The position numbers were made by a program, and so were the translations under genes. Of a DNA stretch of 64,000 nt, positions 45,601 to 60,678 are shown in pieces. The DNA is taken from positions 16,926,001 to 16,990,000 of the forward strand of contig OZ059897.1 in assembly GCA_964057225.1 (NCBI GenBank). The letters are read 5' to 3'. The notes beneath the pieces were generated by a model that worked only from the letters and a program-made list of their open reading frames with translations, was not told where the DNA came from and did not search any database. This stretch comes from Auanema rhodensis (taxonomy: Eukaryota; Animalia; Nematoda). Each line of letters begins with the position of its first letter. The stretch's first letter is position 1.

Positions 45601-47940
45601 CTACTGTTTCTTGAAATCAAATGAAATCATGACACATTCAATGTTCAACATTCTCCTATTCTCGTCTTCGTCGTGTTCTTTCTCGATACTAAAATAACCA
45701 CCATCATCATCGAATATTTTGATTGTAATGAAGATGTTTTAAAAATATTTTCCTAGTTCTATATTTGAAAGAAAAAAAATCCCCTTATTCCTGACTCTTT
45801 ATATTATTTTTTATATTTCTATTTTTTGGAAACTCTTTTTTTTTTGCTTCATTAGTTAATGTTTTTCATATTTCTCCATTACCTAAGTGACAACTATTTT
45901 TTCAACTTTTCATGTCCAGGACATTGCAATTTTTTTAGTAAAGTTCGCCTTATCCTTCTTGAATAAATAGCTTTTCTTCCTCATAGGATTTTTCGATCTT
46001 TCCGGCCAATTCTGACTCACTTTACCGCTTTCAGACCGAGCGGTTTCTTTGATAACCAATGTTTTCAAGGCAATTTCTTCTGGATACATAACCTTTTTCC
46101 CGGACTTCTTTAGTCACATATATACGTTGTTGCCTTTCTTAGTATTCCATGTATCTTTTTCAATAACATACATTTTTTTTGAAAACTAATAATTTGGAGG
46201 TTTTCGCATACAAAAGCTGAGAGAACGATTTACCATTTTTAATTCACACTGGTTTTGTGAGCCACGAAGTGTGTTTTACAATTTTCTACAAATTCAGAAA
46301 GTTCCGAATAGCTCTTTCTCTACTAATTTTCTTTAACATACCTTCTTCCTACTTGCTTTGTCCATGAATTGGAATTGGAACTTGAGGTTTAAAGAAAAAC
46401 ATTCTGTTATCTTGGCTATTCAACATACCGTCAATGTGCCGAAACATCAGTAGAAGAAGAGAGCGACGACAGTCGACAACGTCAACGATGACCACAGTTC
46501 GCCACACACAAAGAATCCTTCAAACTATTTAAATTGTTTTTACTTTCGGCATTCTCTCATTTTTAGTATTTAGAGGAAACACGTCTTTTTTTCACAAAAC
46601 ACTCTTGTTTTTTTGTATCTTGTATTGCCTTCCGATCCAATTTACCGGATCTTCTCGATTAATTTCGGTAGCTTTCATTCATTTTTGTCTGGGTAATGGC
46701 ATCCGTGCATCTTACTATTATATTCAATAACATTCAAATGGTGAAAACGAACTTTACCATTGTTTTCAATTGCTTTAATTAACAAATATCTAAAGATTTA
46801 TTTTTTTCTTTATTATATAAGAATGAAAAATGCTATTTCTAAGTATATGAATAAGGAAGATTCTACAATAACTAGGATACCTAGTATAGTAAATGGCATC
46901 AATGAATTGACGTTGACTATCGTTAACAATTCAATGTATTGTTGTGTTCAAATGCCCTGAGAACCTCATCGGCCCAATTTGCAACTGTCTCAAACTGTTC
47001 TTCTCTCACTTCCATAGTATTTCTATTTAAATGTGACCTAACCTTGCTCTTTCATTTCTTTTTTTTTCTTGAAAAAAATTGTTCAGTAGTTCATCGTGCA
47101 GTTTTTAGAAGTTGAGAACTTAGCTAAGATGCTACTGATAGTACAGTGTTTAATGGTCCAAAAATTGTAATTTGTACATATCTAATCTATTTTATGATTC
47201 AAATACATATACATGCTGTGCAAATAGAGTATTTCAATATCAATATCAGATATCTTATATTTAAAATAATTGAATTACTAATATGAATAAATGAATGAGT
47301 AAGGATTAAGTTTTATGTTTGGATCTTAGATCTCTTATGTCTCATTCTGTTTAAAAACGACTATATTTCTTTTGATTTATTGCTTCCGCTTGTAACCATT
47401 GATAAACCGAATCTTATGAATTATTCATTATTATAATTATACTATTATCGGTTATTCTTTTTTCAAAGAATAATATGCCCACTATGAGCTTATGGCTTGC
47501 ATCATCACCATCTATCAGGTGCCGAACATCCGAATACAACATGAGTATATGAGTGCTAATCGTCTTCTAATCACGTAATCCACATCTTCATAATGAAATT
47601 GATTCACGTTTTTACTCTCTGACCTCTTCATGTACCTTAATCTCTTACCCTGCTCCTCTTATCTCTCTTGCGGAATATTTCTTACTCTTGTCGCTTATTG
47701 CTTTCTTTTTCCGATCCTCCTCCGTCTTTTAGCCAATGACACCACCTCGTTCAAGCTCCGCCTCCATAGCTAGTTAACCACAAGAGGGGCGGAGTTAACT
47801 GGAATCGAAACAGTTCATTTTAATCAGAGAGGCCAGAGAAAAATACGTATGATGAAGATAGTTGTGCTAGGTCCTCCCTCTCAGTTCATCTCACTCTCTA
47901 TACTCTATGTTTGTGATCAGAGTAGCATTCCACCAATTGA

Positions 47941-47958
47941 AGAGAGAGAGAGAGAGAG
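47941..47958. repeat. (AG)n microsatellite
   Basis: Uninterrupted AG run. Confidence 0.85.
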
Positions 47959-49107
47959 CAATAGACTGCGAGAAAATGAGAAGAGTGAGTATACGGTAGA
48001 CGGGTGAGTTTCAAGCCCGGATGTGTCAGATAGCGATTGCCACCCTCTTCGAGATCGCAATTCTGCTGGTTTCACAGTCTATTACATACATTTCATTCTC
48101 GTTTTTCAGTCATTGTTACAAAAATTCAGAAGTTGGTTTGTATTTTCTAACGTTACATTGTCTTGTTCAGCTGCAATTTTCTTATTGTATCTAAGTGTCA
48201 AGACGAACTTGTGATCATCTTTTATAATAACATTACAACTTGGTTGTTTGAGATACCTTTTTGACTTCTAATTTCCTTCTTTTTTCATCATGTATCTCTC
48301 ATTCCTTGTCATTTGTCGATTCTGAGTCTTCATTGCTTCTATTCTCTTTCTTCTTGACTATTCGGAAAGATGAAGAAGTGAAGACTCGTCAGTCAGCGGC
48401 CATCTTACTCATCATATCAAAATCATTTTCAATTTTTCCGTTTTGTTCGTTCAACCCTTTTTCAATTGTGTGTATCATCATCCTACTGTTTTCTTTATAT
48501 ATTCCTTATTTTTTCGCTTACATCTACCAAACTAGGAATCTGAAATACTCTCGATATTTACTTGACAGACTCATTTATAGTCATTCATTACTGCTACCAG
48601 CATTTATTTAAAACTTAACTGAGTTGATATTTCTGAGAACTTTTAAAGATCTTGAAACAATTTTGGTATAATTTCAAATACTGAAAATGATTTTGTTAAC
48701 TTCTTTCTATCTGGTTCATTCACCCGTTTTAGATTAGAGATCTGATTGTCAATGACATTTAGTTGAAGAGCTGATGTTGTGCTAAGTGTCTAAAACTTTA
48801 GTAAACCGTTAAAGATCACATCTTTTATAACCCCGAGATACAGTCAAAATGAAAAAATATTGAGAGACCCATGCATCTTAGTAGTTTCAGAAAGATATTG
48901 GTTGAATAAGAGAGACCGTACTGATAGAGAAAGAAAGATAGAGTTTTGAATGCCAAGCAAAGCAAAGTTGAAGCAGAATAATCTCATAACATACATCCCT
49001 CCAGTTTTCTCTGTTATGTCCTCTAACTCCATCAGTCTATCTCCGTTGTTCTTTTTACTTGGTCCCCTCCCTTTCAAAAGACGAAAATCAGTCTATCTTT
49101 CTTCTCA

Positions 49108-49142
49108 CTCCTCCTCCTCCTCCTCCTCCTTCTCCTCCTCCT
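49108..49142. repeat. (TCC)n microsatellite
   Basis: Near-perfect CTC/TCC run. Confidence 0.85.
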
Positions 49143-50293
49143 CATTCTCTTTCTCTTCATTCCTCCCACTAAAGTTTTAGTTTTATCGTCTTGTCATCAG
49201 CACCCGAAGCGAACTGTATTCTTAACAAACATTCCACTACATTCAGCATCAACCTAACTTTTTTTATTTTCTTAGTTTTCCATCACAATAATTTCTTTTC
49301 CTTTCATTGTAATTAAGTTTATTTTACTATTTCAATTCTTTTTTTTTAATCAAATTCATTAACTCTATGGTTTTATCTTCATTTTTCTAAGCAAGACAAT
49401 CATCGAAGTCAATCAATTATTAGTTATATGCATCTGGTTTGAAATTCTATTAAAGGAAAGTGAGAAGTTATTCTGTTACATGACTCATTATCCGTACCAG
49501 ACTGTCTTGAAAAAAAAAACTTTTTATTTTCAGGACACATTTCTTTTCCGTTTTCAAAAAAAAAAAATGTTCTACCGCATCTTTTTCTATTCATTTCATC
49601 GACTTCAACTTCAATTCTTTTTTTATTTCTCCTATAAAAGAAATTTAAATCACAAGTAGTTAATACACTTTTTTAATATTTCAAATTATTAAAGCAGGAG
49701 AGACAGTCACACTCAAAAAGTTACCGTATACCTTCTTAACTTGTTGACGTCATTACTATCAAGTTCTATTTCATTGTCATTCTAGTAATACTTTTTTTTC
49801 GTTTTCATAGAAGGTAACTAATCAGTTGTAAGATTTACTTCTACTCTATTTAGAAGCATAAATATTTTTTCAAAACTTCAAATAAAATAGTTGAGAGCCA
49901 TGAAATTAACTAATAATATCAATTAAGCCAATATTGATGATGAATTCTATATAATATAGATATGTGTTCATATTTGTATCTACATGAAACTGAAGAATTC
50001 ATAAAGAAGTAAGGGGGTGGTTTCAATAATGTTGGAGTTAGATGAGAGAGAGGGATGGTTGAGACGTACAGCCTCTGCAGAGGCAGAAGGGGCGGAAAGA
50101 AGAGATGGCACATAGGCATAGTCTATCATCTCATACTTTTGTGTGGGAATCGTTGATATTCTCTCTAGCAAATTAGCATCAACAACTATATTGATTTGTT
50201 TTATGTTTTTTTGGTTATCTAATCGTTTTATTATTTTATATTTTTCAATAATGTTCTTCATAAAGTTTAGTTTTCTACTTTACAGAATCGAGA

Positions 50294-53200
50294 ATGGAAG
50301 CCGATAAGGTCCAACGTATGCCAGCTGGATTTCCATTTCAAGCACTTTGTGTGCCAGCATCCTCACCATCTACACTCTTTCCTCCAATGCCTATCTTTGG
50401 TAAGATTTTTAAATATTTTTATATTAAGATTTCACATTAACGTTTTTAGGTGTTCAACAAATGTATGCTACACTTCTACAACATCAGTTACTACAACTTC
50501 AGCAACAATCTCAACCACAACAAAGCCCAAGTTGCTTAGGACAAGGTAACGATATATAGTATAGTATAGTATGTATATTAATGAATACTATTATTAAAGA
50601 TTTGTCACCTGGATTATCTGATAGAGCTTCGTCTGGTGCCGAATCGCCATCTTCAAAAAGTTAGTTAATGTTTCTGTCATTTTCATTAATATCTTTACAA
50701 ATTACTCACTCTTACTCATAAAGTATACGCATATAAGAACAATATAATCTTTAAAATCTTTTATCCAAAGTTTGGTATATTGGGTCATGAAGGATGTGTA
50801 TGTTTTGGCTGACTAATATGATCATATTGTCTTTCTATACGTATTCTTGCAATGGAATTTAAAGAGAGCGATAGAGAGAGAGACGCAAATTGAAAGTTTT
50901 GTGAAAGAGATCAAAAGAAATACAGAGAAGAGAAACTCAGAGGAATAGTTGAGGAAGAGGTATACAAGCATTGCGATACCTTCATTTTGTATCATCAATA
51001 TCATATGCATAGTCACTAACTTATTCACGAAGACAATACTAAAAGCATTTTGAGAAAAAAAAATATGAGGAGAAAATCGAAATAGATTTTCCAATATATA
51101 CTCAGTATAAAGGTTCATATCTTTTGCCAATAGTTTTGCTTTAAAGTTGTTTATTTCTTCTTGTATTCAATGTTTGTAGTGTTGAGACTAAATGAGATGT
51201 TAAATACAACCGTTCTGTACAGTAGAAATGTTTGAATGATTGATATAAAACGTGAAATTTACGTGAAATGCGATTAGCTTGATTAAGCTAATTAGAATAA
51301 CCCATTCTGATGATTGACATGTATTTTGTCGGCTTGTCTTTCATTACAATTATCTATAAAAACTATAAAAAAAGCTTTTTGCAACTAATTTGAAACATTT
51401 TCCCAAGAACTCAAAAAAGTTGGTGTCCTTTTTCTAGTCCGTTTGTCAATCTGTCAACTTGGAGCTATATAAGTGAGCGTTCCGTAGATTGTACCGTTCT
51501 TTTCGTCTTGTATCCCCTGCTGTTACCGTTCATTGCAAAACAGTAATTGTGGGTGATGAATCGTGGGAATGACAGACAAACAGACAAACAGACAGAAATA
51601 TGGCTTCTGAATGAGAGGTTAAAAGGTTGAAAACTAGATGAAAACAGTGATGACCCAATGATGCTATCACTATCAATGTGCTCTTTAAAACAACTTCGCC
51701 CTCCATGTCATTGATATTGTACCAAAAAGATTTTGAAGTGTGCTCATCTGTCTATCTATCTGTTCATACTATATCATTTTCACATATTTCTCCTTTATGA
51801 CGACATATCATCCATTTATCTCCGGCTGTTCGGCTTCTGTTACTGCTGCTCCTCAGAGAAGATCTGCCACCCTGTCCCATCAGCCTACTTTCCCATCCTC
51901 TCGTGCCACCAGCCTACCATTCTATGACTATATATGGCTTCTGTATATCCATCTGCTAATCCGTCAATTATAAAACATGACTAAAACAGCCTGAGAATAT
52001 GGTTTTACGGTTCCGGTAAACAATTCGGATGATGAAGGTTGTAATTTTTTGTCTGTCGTTTTGCCCATTAATCGCTCCGGCCATGCATCGACTCATGGCA
52101 CTCTCAGCCCTCCCACTCGTAATTCGATATAATAATATATATTTTTTATTTTTTATCTAAGATGAATGCCAAGGGAGATTGTCATTGTAAGCTTGTCGTG
52201 AAGGACAGCTTCTTGACAATCTAATGACTTTCAATTGATTCGTACTTCAACTTCAACTTGAAATAATCATTTCATATGAGGCAGACGACCCTCAGTTCTT
52301 TTCTACGTCAACCCATCAAATCAACCAATCTTACATTTTACTATTCTCATCATCATCTAGCTTGTCGCAATCAGTCCAGACATCGAAGAAGTTAGATAGG
52401 AGGGAAATAGGAAACGTTGGAGAAGTCGAAGAAACTCGGTTCAAACCCGTTTTGCCATTCGCAAGCCTCGATTAGATTACGGTAGACAGATAGTTGCCTC
52501 CAACTATTCATTTAAATAGTATTGTGAATGAAGAGAAAAAGACAAATATGGAGAAGTGAAGAAAGAAGTGCGTACGGAGGTCGTGAAAGCGATGAGCCGC
52601 AACGATACACACCGGAAATATGTGTATGCATGTATCAGACGAGCTGACGCCTGATTTAGGACAGACATACGTCAACTACAACTATAACTCATAAATTTCT
52701 TAGAGGGATCAAACAGTAGCAGAAAAAGTATTTTTCCAGCCTAGTTGTTAGAAATTAGAGATAGCAAGCAAGGTATTGCTCCAAAACATATTGGTGGTAA
52801 GTTTTTGTTTGTTGATCATGAAAAGCTTAATGAGTTCAAAAGAAACTTACAAAGTGAGAACTCTAGAATTAAAGCAGATTCATTGGTTTGTTGATTGCAT
52901 CATAAAAATTCAATTCTCAACTCTCTATCACTGAATTATCAAAGCTTAAAAAACGAAATTGTTTTTCTGCTGTGTTTTGGCATTTGTTAAGCGTTGAGAG
53001 TGAAAGAGGAAAGATTTTTGAACATTTTTCGAGGTAAAAAAGAGCAATAAACCATTTTTTTGTTTTTGAAATAAGCATTTCCTGTGTATATGAATGTCGA
53101 TAGGTTTTTTTGGGGTCAAGTAATACGCATAAAGAAAATTGGAAATTGAAGATACTTGAAGTGAAATGATGAGTTAAAAACGAGCAGGGCAAAGTAGACA

Positions 53201-56200
53201 GTAAAATGGTTCACTGCCTAATCGTGTGAAATTTGAATGGATTTTTGAATGAAATCAATATGATTGGTCATGTAATGATCTTTGAATGATGTCCTCTATC
53301 TACTTAGTGTACGTATTTCTTAATCTAACGTTTTCCATATTGAGAAATGTCATCTTCATCAGAAGACGAGTTGTCTTAATCCTTCTAATCAGTTTAAAGA
53401 AGTCAGTCAATTCGTGTGACATGAATGTTACCTTGTAATATTATTCCCAGATAAGGTCATCATACCTTTTCTATTCATAACCACTTGGCAATATTACTTG
53501 AGGTTTGCCTGTAACAGTGCTTTAATCTTATTTATGACATGTCATTATACACCTGCTTGAAACAGATGATTTGACAAGCTGTCTCAAGGCTGGAAGCCAC
53601 TCGAGAATCCAAGTTAAGAATAATCGGACACGGATATGCTTTGCAATATGTAACATAAGTGTCTTATACATTTTTTTATCTCTCTGAACGATGTACAAAA
53701 AAGGGAAGAGGATTACGTCCTATATACATACAACATGTCAGAAGTTACAAATCTGCAGATGTTTCTTTTAGCCAATACATAATGCCTTTGCACTCTCTTT
53801 CTCTTCTTTAATTCATATATATATGTTCAATCTATTACAATCCAAACAATTTCTATTGTTATTATATAAATATATTCTATATTGTATGGTATAGAAATAT
53901 ATAATAAGAGTTAAAACGTATGAAGAAAAAAAAGAAAATCGTAGTGAGTTTGGTTGTCTATTCATAACTACTGATTGAAAACAATAAGTAAAATATCCAC
54001 CTGTCATTTGATTTTCTGCATCTTCTCTTTCTATTTCATTCCTTCCTGCTTCTATTTTTTCTAAATTCTTATTATAATCATTCATAACACCAAGGAACCT
54101 TGTGACCCAGACATGTGTTTCATTCTTTCCATTTGAAGAGAATCATTTTTGACTTTTTCTATTGAAAACGTATCAAATATGAAGTTTTTCTATGAATATT
54201 GTCACGTTCTAGATATTATATATTAGTATAGAAATATACTAAAATCGTTTAATTAATTCACGTGATTGCATTTCATCATCCTTATCTCTTTTGCTGATGC
54301 TCTTTGTCTTATAAATAAAATTAGCTTTCATATGATATATGAATAGAGGCAAGATCTTTAACATCGTAATATTAACTTATCGTTTGAGCTTGCTTCTGAA
54401 GTCAGCCGAAGAGCGACTTTAAGAGTGTGACGATGAAACCGCCATACTACTCACATGTCCCTGTCTTCCCTTGGGATAATGTAGAAGGAAGGGGAGAAAA
54501 GCTGAAGACTAAGGGGGACAAGACAGCAACACAATAGCGGCGGCTCGTTTCAAATGAAAAGTTTCCTATTAAGGCAAAGCGATTCCGTCGAGTGTCAGGA
54601 GTGTTTTATTAGTGGACTGGGAGCATATATGGAATGAATTATGATTGTTGTGTCTGTCTTCATATGTTTGTTGTTAGCTTCTTCTCAAAAATTGTTTGAC
54701 AGAAGAACTTTCTCCTTTTTTGCTCAATGCACTACTCTTATTTCTCTTACTCTCACTCTCTTCTTTTGATATATTCTCGTTTTTGTTCTATTCCAATATT
54801 TCATTTGGAAAGAAAAAGCTATGGAGAAAGAGAGATGAAGTTCTATATGAAATCTAGACATTTAACCGAATGATTTCTTAGCCCCAACAGACGACGAAGT
54901 CATTGTGAAAGTAAAAAGAAGAAGTTCGTTGTTTTAAACTGCAAATTGTTTAAAACAAAGCTTTGATATCTCTTGAGATTTCCAAAATAAGAGCAAAAAG
55001 GGATTCAGAGGTTAGAAGAGAGTAAGAAATACTTCTAAGATACATGAAATTTGCTCATCTTACTTTTATTTCATCGATCTTGCTCATAGAATATTATGAG
55101 TGCCAGAAGAACTTAGATCTATCTATCTATCTATAAGAATCAACTTACTATAATAAAAGCTTTTATTCCCAAATCCTAAAAAATTGTGAAAAAGATTCCA
55201 AAATGAATGAAGCAGTAAAACCATCAAACAGATAGTCAAGGAACAAAAATAGGTTTTGAAAGTCCTAAACGAGCTTAGCTGATGGTTGTGTTGATGATTT
55301 GGCTCTTGATATTCTGAAATTTATGGCCGTACGTCCGATCATTTCGAAGCTTCATTTCGCAGCAATATATGGCTGTGAAAGGGGCAAATGTGCGAAGCTA
55401 CTAGACAAACAACCTACTGATTAAACTACCATATTAAGCCGAAACACTTCTCTCTTTATAGTCGAACGAACAGAGAAATTTTATCGTTTTAGCTTCTGAA
55501 TACTGGCAAAGGGGAGAGTGATGAATGAAATAAATGATGGTAAGAGGAACTAACGGATAAATTTTGCAAAGAGGGGGAGGTAAAAGATAGTTGCGGGACG
55601 AATTAAATATATTTCTGATTCTAACAAAATTGAAAACACTACTTGAAATAATTTTTATAACAAGATTATTCATTAATTATTACTATTTTACTAATATTGT
55701 ATATTAATTATACATATAATATTTGCCAGTAAATAATAAGTAGATTAACACTATCCTAAAATCTCTTTTAATTCTTTTTTTGGGGACCACATTTGATGAT
55801 AAATGTGTGTCGGTATAGATCAAATACAATGTTTATGGCCATAGTCATCTTGATGTGTCCATTACCAACCTGGACTGCCAACTGCCTCTGATTAGCATCT
55901 TGACTGAACATTTGTCATCCAATATAAACCTCAGACAATGTCATTAGATGATGATGATGATGATGATTTGCTTTTAATTTTTTGTTTGAAATTATCCGAC
56001 AATTGAAAATAATTTGGTTTGATAGAACATCAAATATAAACAAAAAGGATTTCTATATTTTTATTATTTTCTTAATTAGAAGTTTTTTTGAAATTTATTT
56101 CTCAAATTCTTCATGTATTTGAAGAAGTATAGTTGTTCATCCTCTACAGTTTTCACATCAGTTTTTGGGTAATGTTTGAACAAACCATGTAAAAGATAAT

Positions 56201-59200
56201 TGTGAACATCTAATATGGCTTATTCTATGAGAAAATTTAAGAAAAAAAGAGGGGGAAAAGAAGAAGAAGAACGTCAACGACGGTCATCTAAGATCAGTAG
56301 TCAAAACGAACACAAAAAGAAATTGACTGAAGAAAAAACGGAGCCGGCGGAAGAATGGACATGAAAACTATCATTTCCATTCAAGGTTACTCAGTAGTGT
56401 GGATAGTGTTGATTGATATGAAGGCTAAAGTTGGTAACGACAATTGAATGTTTTAAAATGAGAAAGAGTTGAAGATAAATTATTTCCGGAATATATATGA
56501 AACGACACAAATTGTAACTGTGATGAGGAATAATGTTTCAAACGTTTTTCTTAATAGTTGTCATTATCATTAGCATTATTGTTGTTGTTGTAACTGGTAG
56601 TTGCCACATTACCATACCATACCATACAACTACTACATAAATCTTCTTTTAGTAATTAAATTAATAATAATTTTAAAAAAAAAGAAAGATGAATTGATTA
56701 ATTTTAAAAAATTTTGATTATACTGTATGAATATTTTATTAAATAATCAATATGATAATATTATTTATTATATTTTGTGTTATGTAAATATTCTATTTAA
56801 AAATAATAAAAAAAAATGCTTATATATGATTGAAATCAATCAAAGCTAAAAAGCTAAAGAACTATAATGGTATATTGATTAATATATGTAAACTATAATC
56901 TATTCATATACTTTTAAATATCTATTATAATCATTTTTACATAAAAATATAAATTACATCGACTTTTTCTCGTCCTTGTCTATTCAATAACGAGTATAAC
57001 ACAAAAGCCGACATGACCATGTTTATCCATATTCGGCTCGTAAAGCTCAGTCAGACATGAGGCTATAAATCTCTCTTGTATCTATATATTTCTATATACT
57101 CTCTCTATATCTATATATCTCTTTTGCGTTTAATCTATTCGTCTTACAGTCACAGCGCGAGGTGTCAGGATATTGTTTCAGCGCTTCTGTCGGCTTTCCT
57201 TTTATGACTTATGTATATCTTCTTCACTCACCATTTCACATCTAAGTATGTGTAGCTAAAGGGAATAGTTATAAATAAATGAAAAGTTAAGAAAATTTGA
57301 ATATGAATTGAATGAAGAAAATAAAAAATGAAGAAGAAAAGAATATAAAAGAATAGTTCATAATGAACATGAATACTAGGTCGGATTCTCACACCATGCA
57401 TTTTCATCAAATATTCTCCCTTTCTTTCTCTTTCTCTTCTTCAATTGTTTGTTTCTCTAATTGTAAAAATTAGCATGAAAGTGTCAATTATGGGATATTT
57501 ATCTATTTATTTATCTTTCTATATATATATATATATATATATAATATCATAAATATTATAATATAGTTCTTAATGAAATATCATTTGAAATAAAGAAATT
57601 AAAGAGTAGAAGGGGTACAAGGAAGAAAACAAACCTTAATATCTTATGATTTTATATTTTCTCTTAATTAATCATATACTTATAAGATTTTTTATTCTAC
57701 TTATTTCTCAGAACTTCAACTTGATGATAACGGATGTCCTATTTGTCCAGCTTGCGGAGAAAAAATTCAAGAAAATGATTTTGCCAGTCATGTTGAGATG
57801 GAAAAAAATAATTTAAAAAGTACAATTGAAAGGTATAGTAGAAAAAAAGTAATATAATTTCAACATATCTCTCATTTTAGTGCCAAAGATAGTAAAGGTG
57901 ATGATGAGGAAATATTAAATGCTGATATTGATCCAATTCGTCGTAAACGTGAATCAGAATTCAACCGTATTCGTGGAAATCATTTAAAACGAATTTCGTG
58001 TTAGTTTAAACTTTTGTTATTATTATTTTTGATTTTTATTTAAACAAAAAGACATTTTATGCCTTGTTTTCTTTCAGTAAAACGTGGAGCAGGAGCTATC
58101 CGTGACAGTCTTACACCATTCAGTCATCAGGTTAGATGTAATTCATTAACAAATCCACTATTATTATAATAATTCTAAAACCTGTTGTTGCATTAAGCAT
58201 TATGATTATTACGTCATCTATGATTATCGTCAATAGTAACATCATAAATGAAAATAATGTCAACTAAAATTCTGATACTAAGCAGGCGACAGTATACAGA
58301 AATATATTTTATTTCACAACAGCTGTAAATCCATCTATCCATCGTTCATGTATCGTTATATGATTAACAATACCTGGATGTTTAACAAATATCATCATAA
58401 ATGAAATTTCTGACCTTAATATGCCTTGATACAGCTGTAAACTTACATATACATAGATATTCTATCTATATATATATAGAATATAATGTGAGAGGAAATA
58501 AATTAGTAGCAAACAAATAAGGGAAATGTCTTTAGATAAAACTAGAAAATCTTTAGAAAGATAAAGAAGGTTAAGATGAAGGTTACGCTTTTCTTTCTTT
58601 CTTCTTTTCATTTTCATACATTTTTCAAGAATGTTTGAGAATTTTCCTTCACAAATATTTTCAAACATTCCTCTGAATATTTTTTGTTATTTCTTTACAG
58701 TTTTCAAATCCCGAAAAATATAAAATTATTATGAATACAAAGCAAAATATTTCTTTTCAAAATTGAAAAAATTGTATAAATATAAGCAATTTTTAGTCAA
58801 ATGAAGAAAGTGGATCAGCTGGATCTCCAGAAGTTAAAAAGGAAGATGATTCTCCATCCATGACAAACACTTCAATTCCTTGTTCGGTAAGTAAAACTAT
58901 CAAAATTTTCTCAAAATTTCAAGAATAAGTTAGAAGATAGGTGTTAATTATATATATAATTATATATATCTGTATATCTTATCTATAAATCTTATATAAA
59001 CATTTTGTCTCTATCGAGAGAACATCACAAACTTTCAATCATCTTTATGGCAATAAGAAAAAGAAAAAAGAGAAGAGATTCTTCCTCATCTGACAGTCTG
59101 TGTACTCATATACATTATAAGTTTGTCGGTATCTTTGTTTGATTTTTTTGAATTTTCCATTTGGCTAATGAGGTTGCATCACCCACTCGATAACCCGAAG

Positions 59201-59721
59201 GGCCATGGTCATGTTACCGGATCCTTTCCAGCCTGCTCACACCACTACAGATCAAAAGAATATACCGTCGGTGCTTGATGAAAGCGACAGATTGGACCCA
59301 GGTGTGAAGTCTTCATTAACACCCTCATCCCCTCCTGAGACATTGTCTTCAGAGGTTGACGAGGATGAAGATGCTCATCTCATTAGTCGAATGCCCATAA
59401 ACAGAACAACAACTGTCCTTTAAGGAATGATTGACAGATTGATGTGAAGAATACAAAATAAACGAGAGAAAGCTAATAGAAGATGGAGGGGAATGAAGAT
59501 ATTTAAAGATTTTATTCATATCTCTTAGTTCTATTTAATACTAAACATTTATATTAATTATATAACAGATTATAAATATTTATAATTCAATTAGCAAAAA
59601 AAACTTCTATTTATTACAGATCTCATCTCTTTTGGATGTTCCAATGGCCTCAGCTACTAGTCCCTCATCATCCTCTTCTGTTTCTTTTTCACCTCCAGAA
59701 AAGAAAATGAAACTTAACTAA
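50294..59721 (+). CDS. Zinc-finger nuclear protein, RNF220-middle-domain/SOMI-1-like, with a ~7 kb intron
   Basis: Eight exons join in frame: MEADKVQRMPAGFPF.., a Q-rich segment, CPICPACGEKI..FASHVEMEK, RRKRESEFNRIRGNHLKR, and a last exon ending in NLS-like PPEKKMKLN*. The family assignment is from memory of motif similarity. Confidence 0.75.
51572..51595. repeat. (ACAGACAA)x3 short tandem repeat
   Basis: acagacaaacagacaaacagacag. Confidence 0.75.
57520..57543. repeat. (TA)n microsatellite
   Basis: Uninterrupted TA run. Confidence 0.9.
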
Positions 59722-60678
59722 GCGATGACAACATTGAAATATCGTTTTTTGATCTTTATTTTCTCAAGTTCTTCTGATTTTTCATAATATCAGTGTTTCT
59801 GAATGTTTTTTCCAATATATTAGCAAAAAAACATCCGAGGTATAGTGAAATTGAGTCTCAATCCACATACGGATTCAGCCTGGATTACAATCCAATATTG
59901 TTTTCCATATAATGAATAAATCTAATATCACAAAATTTATTCAAATATTGACTTCTTCTCATAGATCTATAAGCATCTTCTTTTCAATTTTCATCTGGAC
60001 CCCTTCTCCCATTTAATTAACTTCACCACTGTATGAGCTGTATGGAAATTTTATATTTTTGGCTAATTTCTAGCTTCTACCTGGGTTACTTATTCTGTTC
60101 GTAAATATTTTTTTTCTTTTTTGAAATAATTCTTTTATGATGTATGTTGTAATTTAAATAATTTTTCAACATAATTTGTCAAAGACATTGGAAGTCCTAT
60201 TTAGGCTATTAATATGTGATGTCCATATTTGTAAAGAACAGCTTAATAAGTTTAATTATTTGTTTACTAATTCAATATAATATATATTTAAACTATTGTA
60301 GTACGATTAAATCGATTGTTTCATCTTTATTTTCCTAATCAAGCTATATATAAAGGTTATACTAATATTATTATTTTTATTTTTATTATAATAAATAACA
60401 ATATTATACTAATTATAAAACAATATATATATATATAATATTGTAATATTCAATACACTAAATATCAAATTCATGACAAAATTCTTCTTTTTATTGAATT
60501 GAAGATGTAATAACTCGATTATATGACATTTTTGAGAAGACTTCAAGCACAGACGAAGGTGAACCATAAGTTCTGTTTCCACATTTACTGACTGCATGTC
60601 ATAAATCGCGGTTATCAACCAATTTCCCAAAGAAATATATATCCATATATTATATATTTCTAATGAATATTATAGAAC

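Noticed and set aside
51733-51973. Short ORFs inside the 7-kb intron
   Set aside because: No suitable splice donor links them to the downstream exons and there is no recognisable motif.
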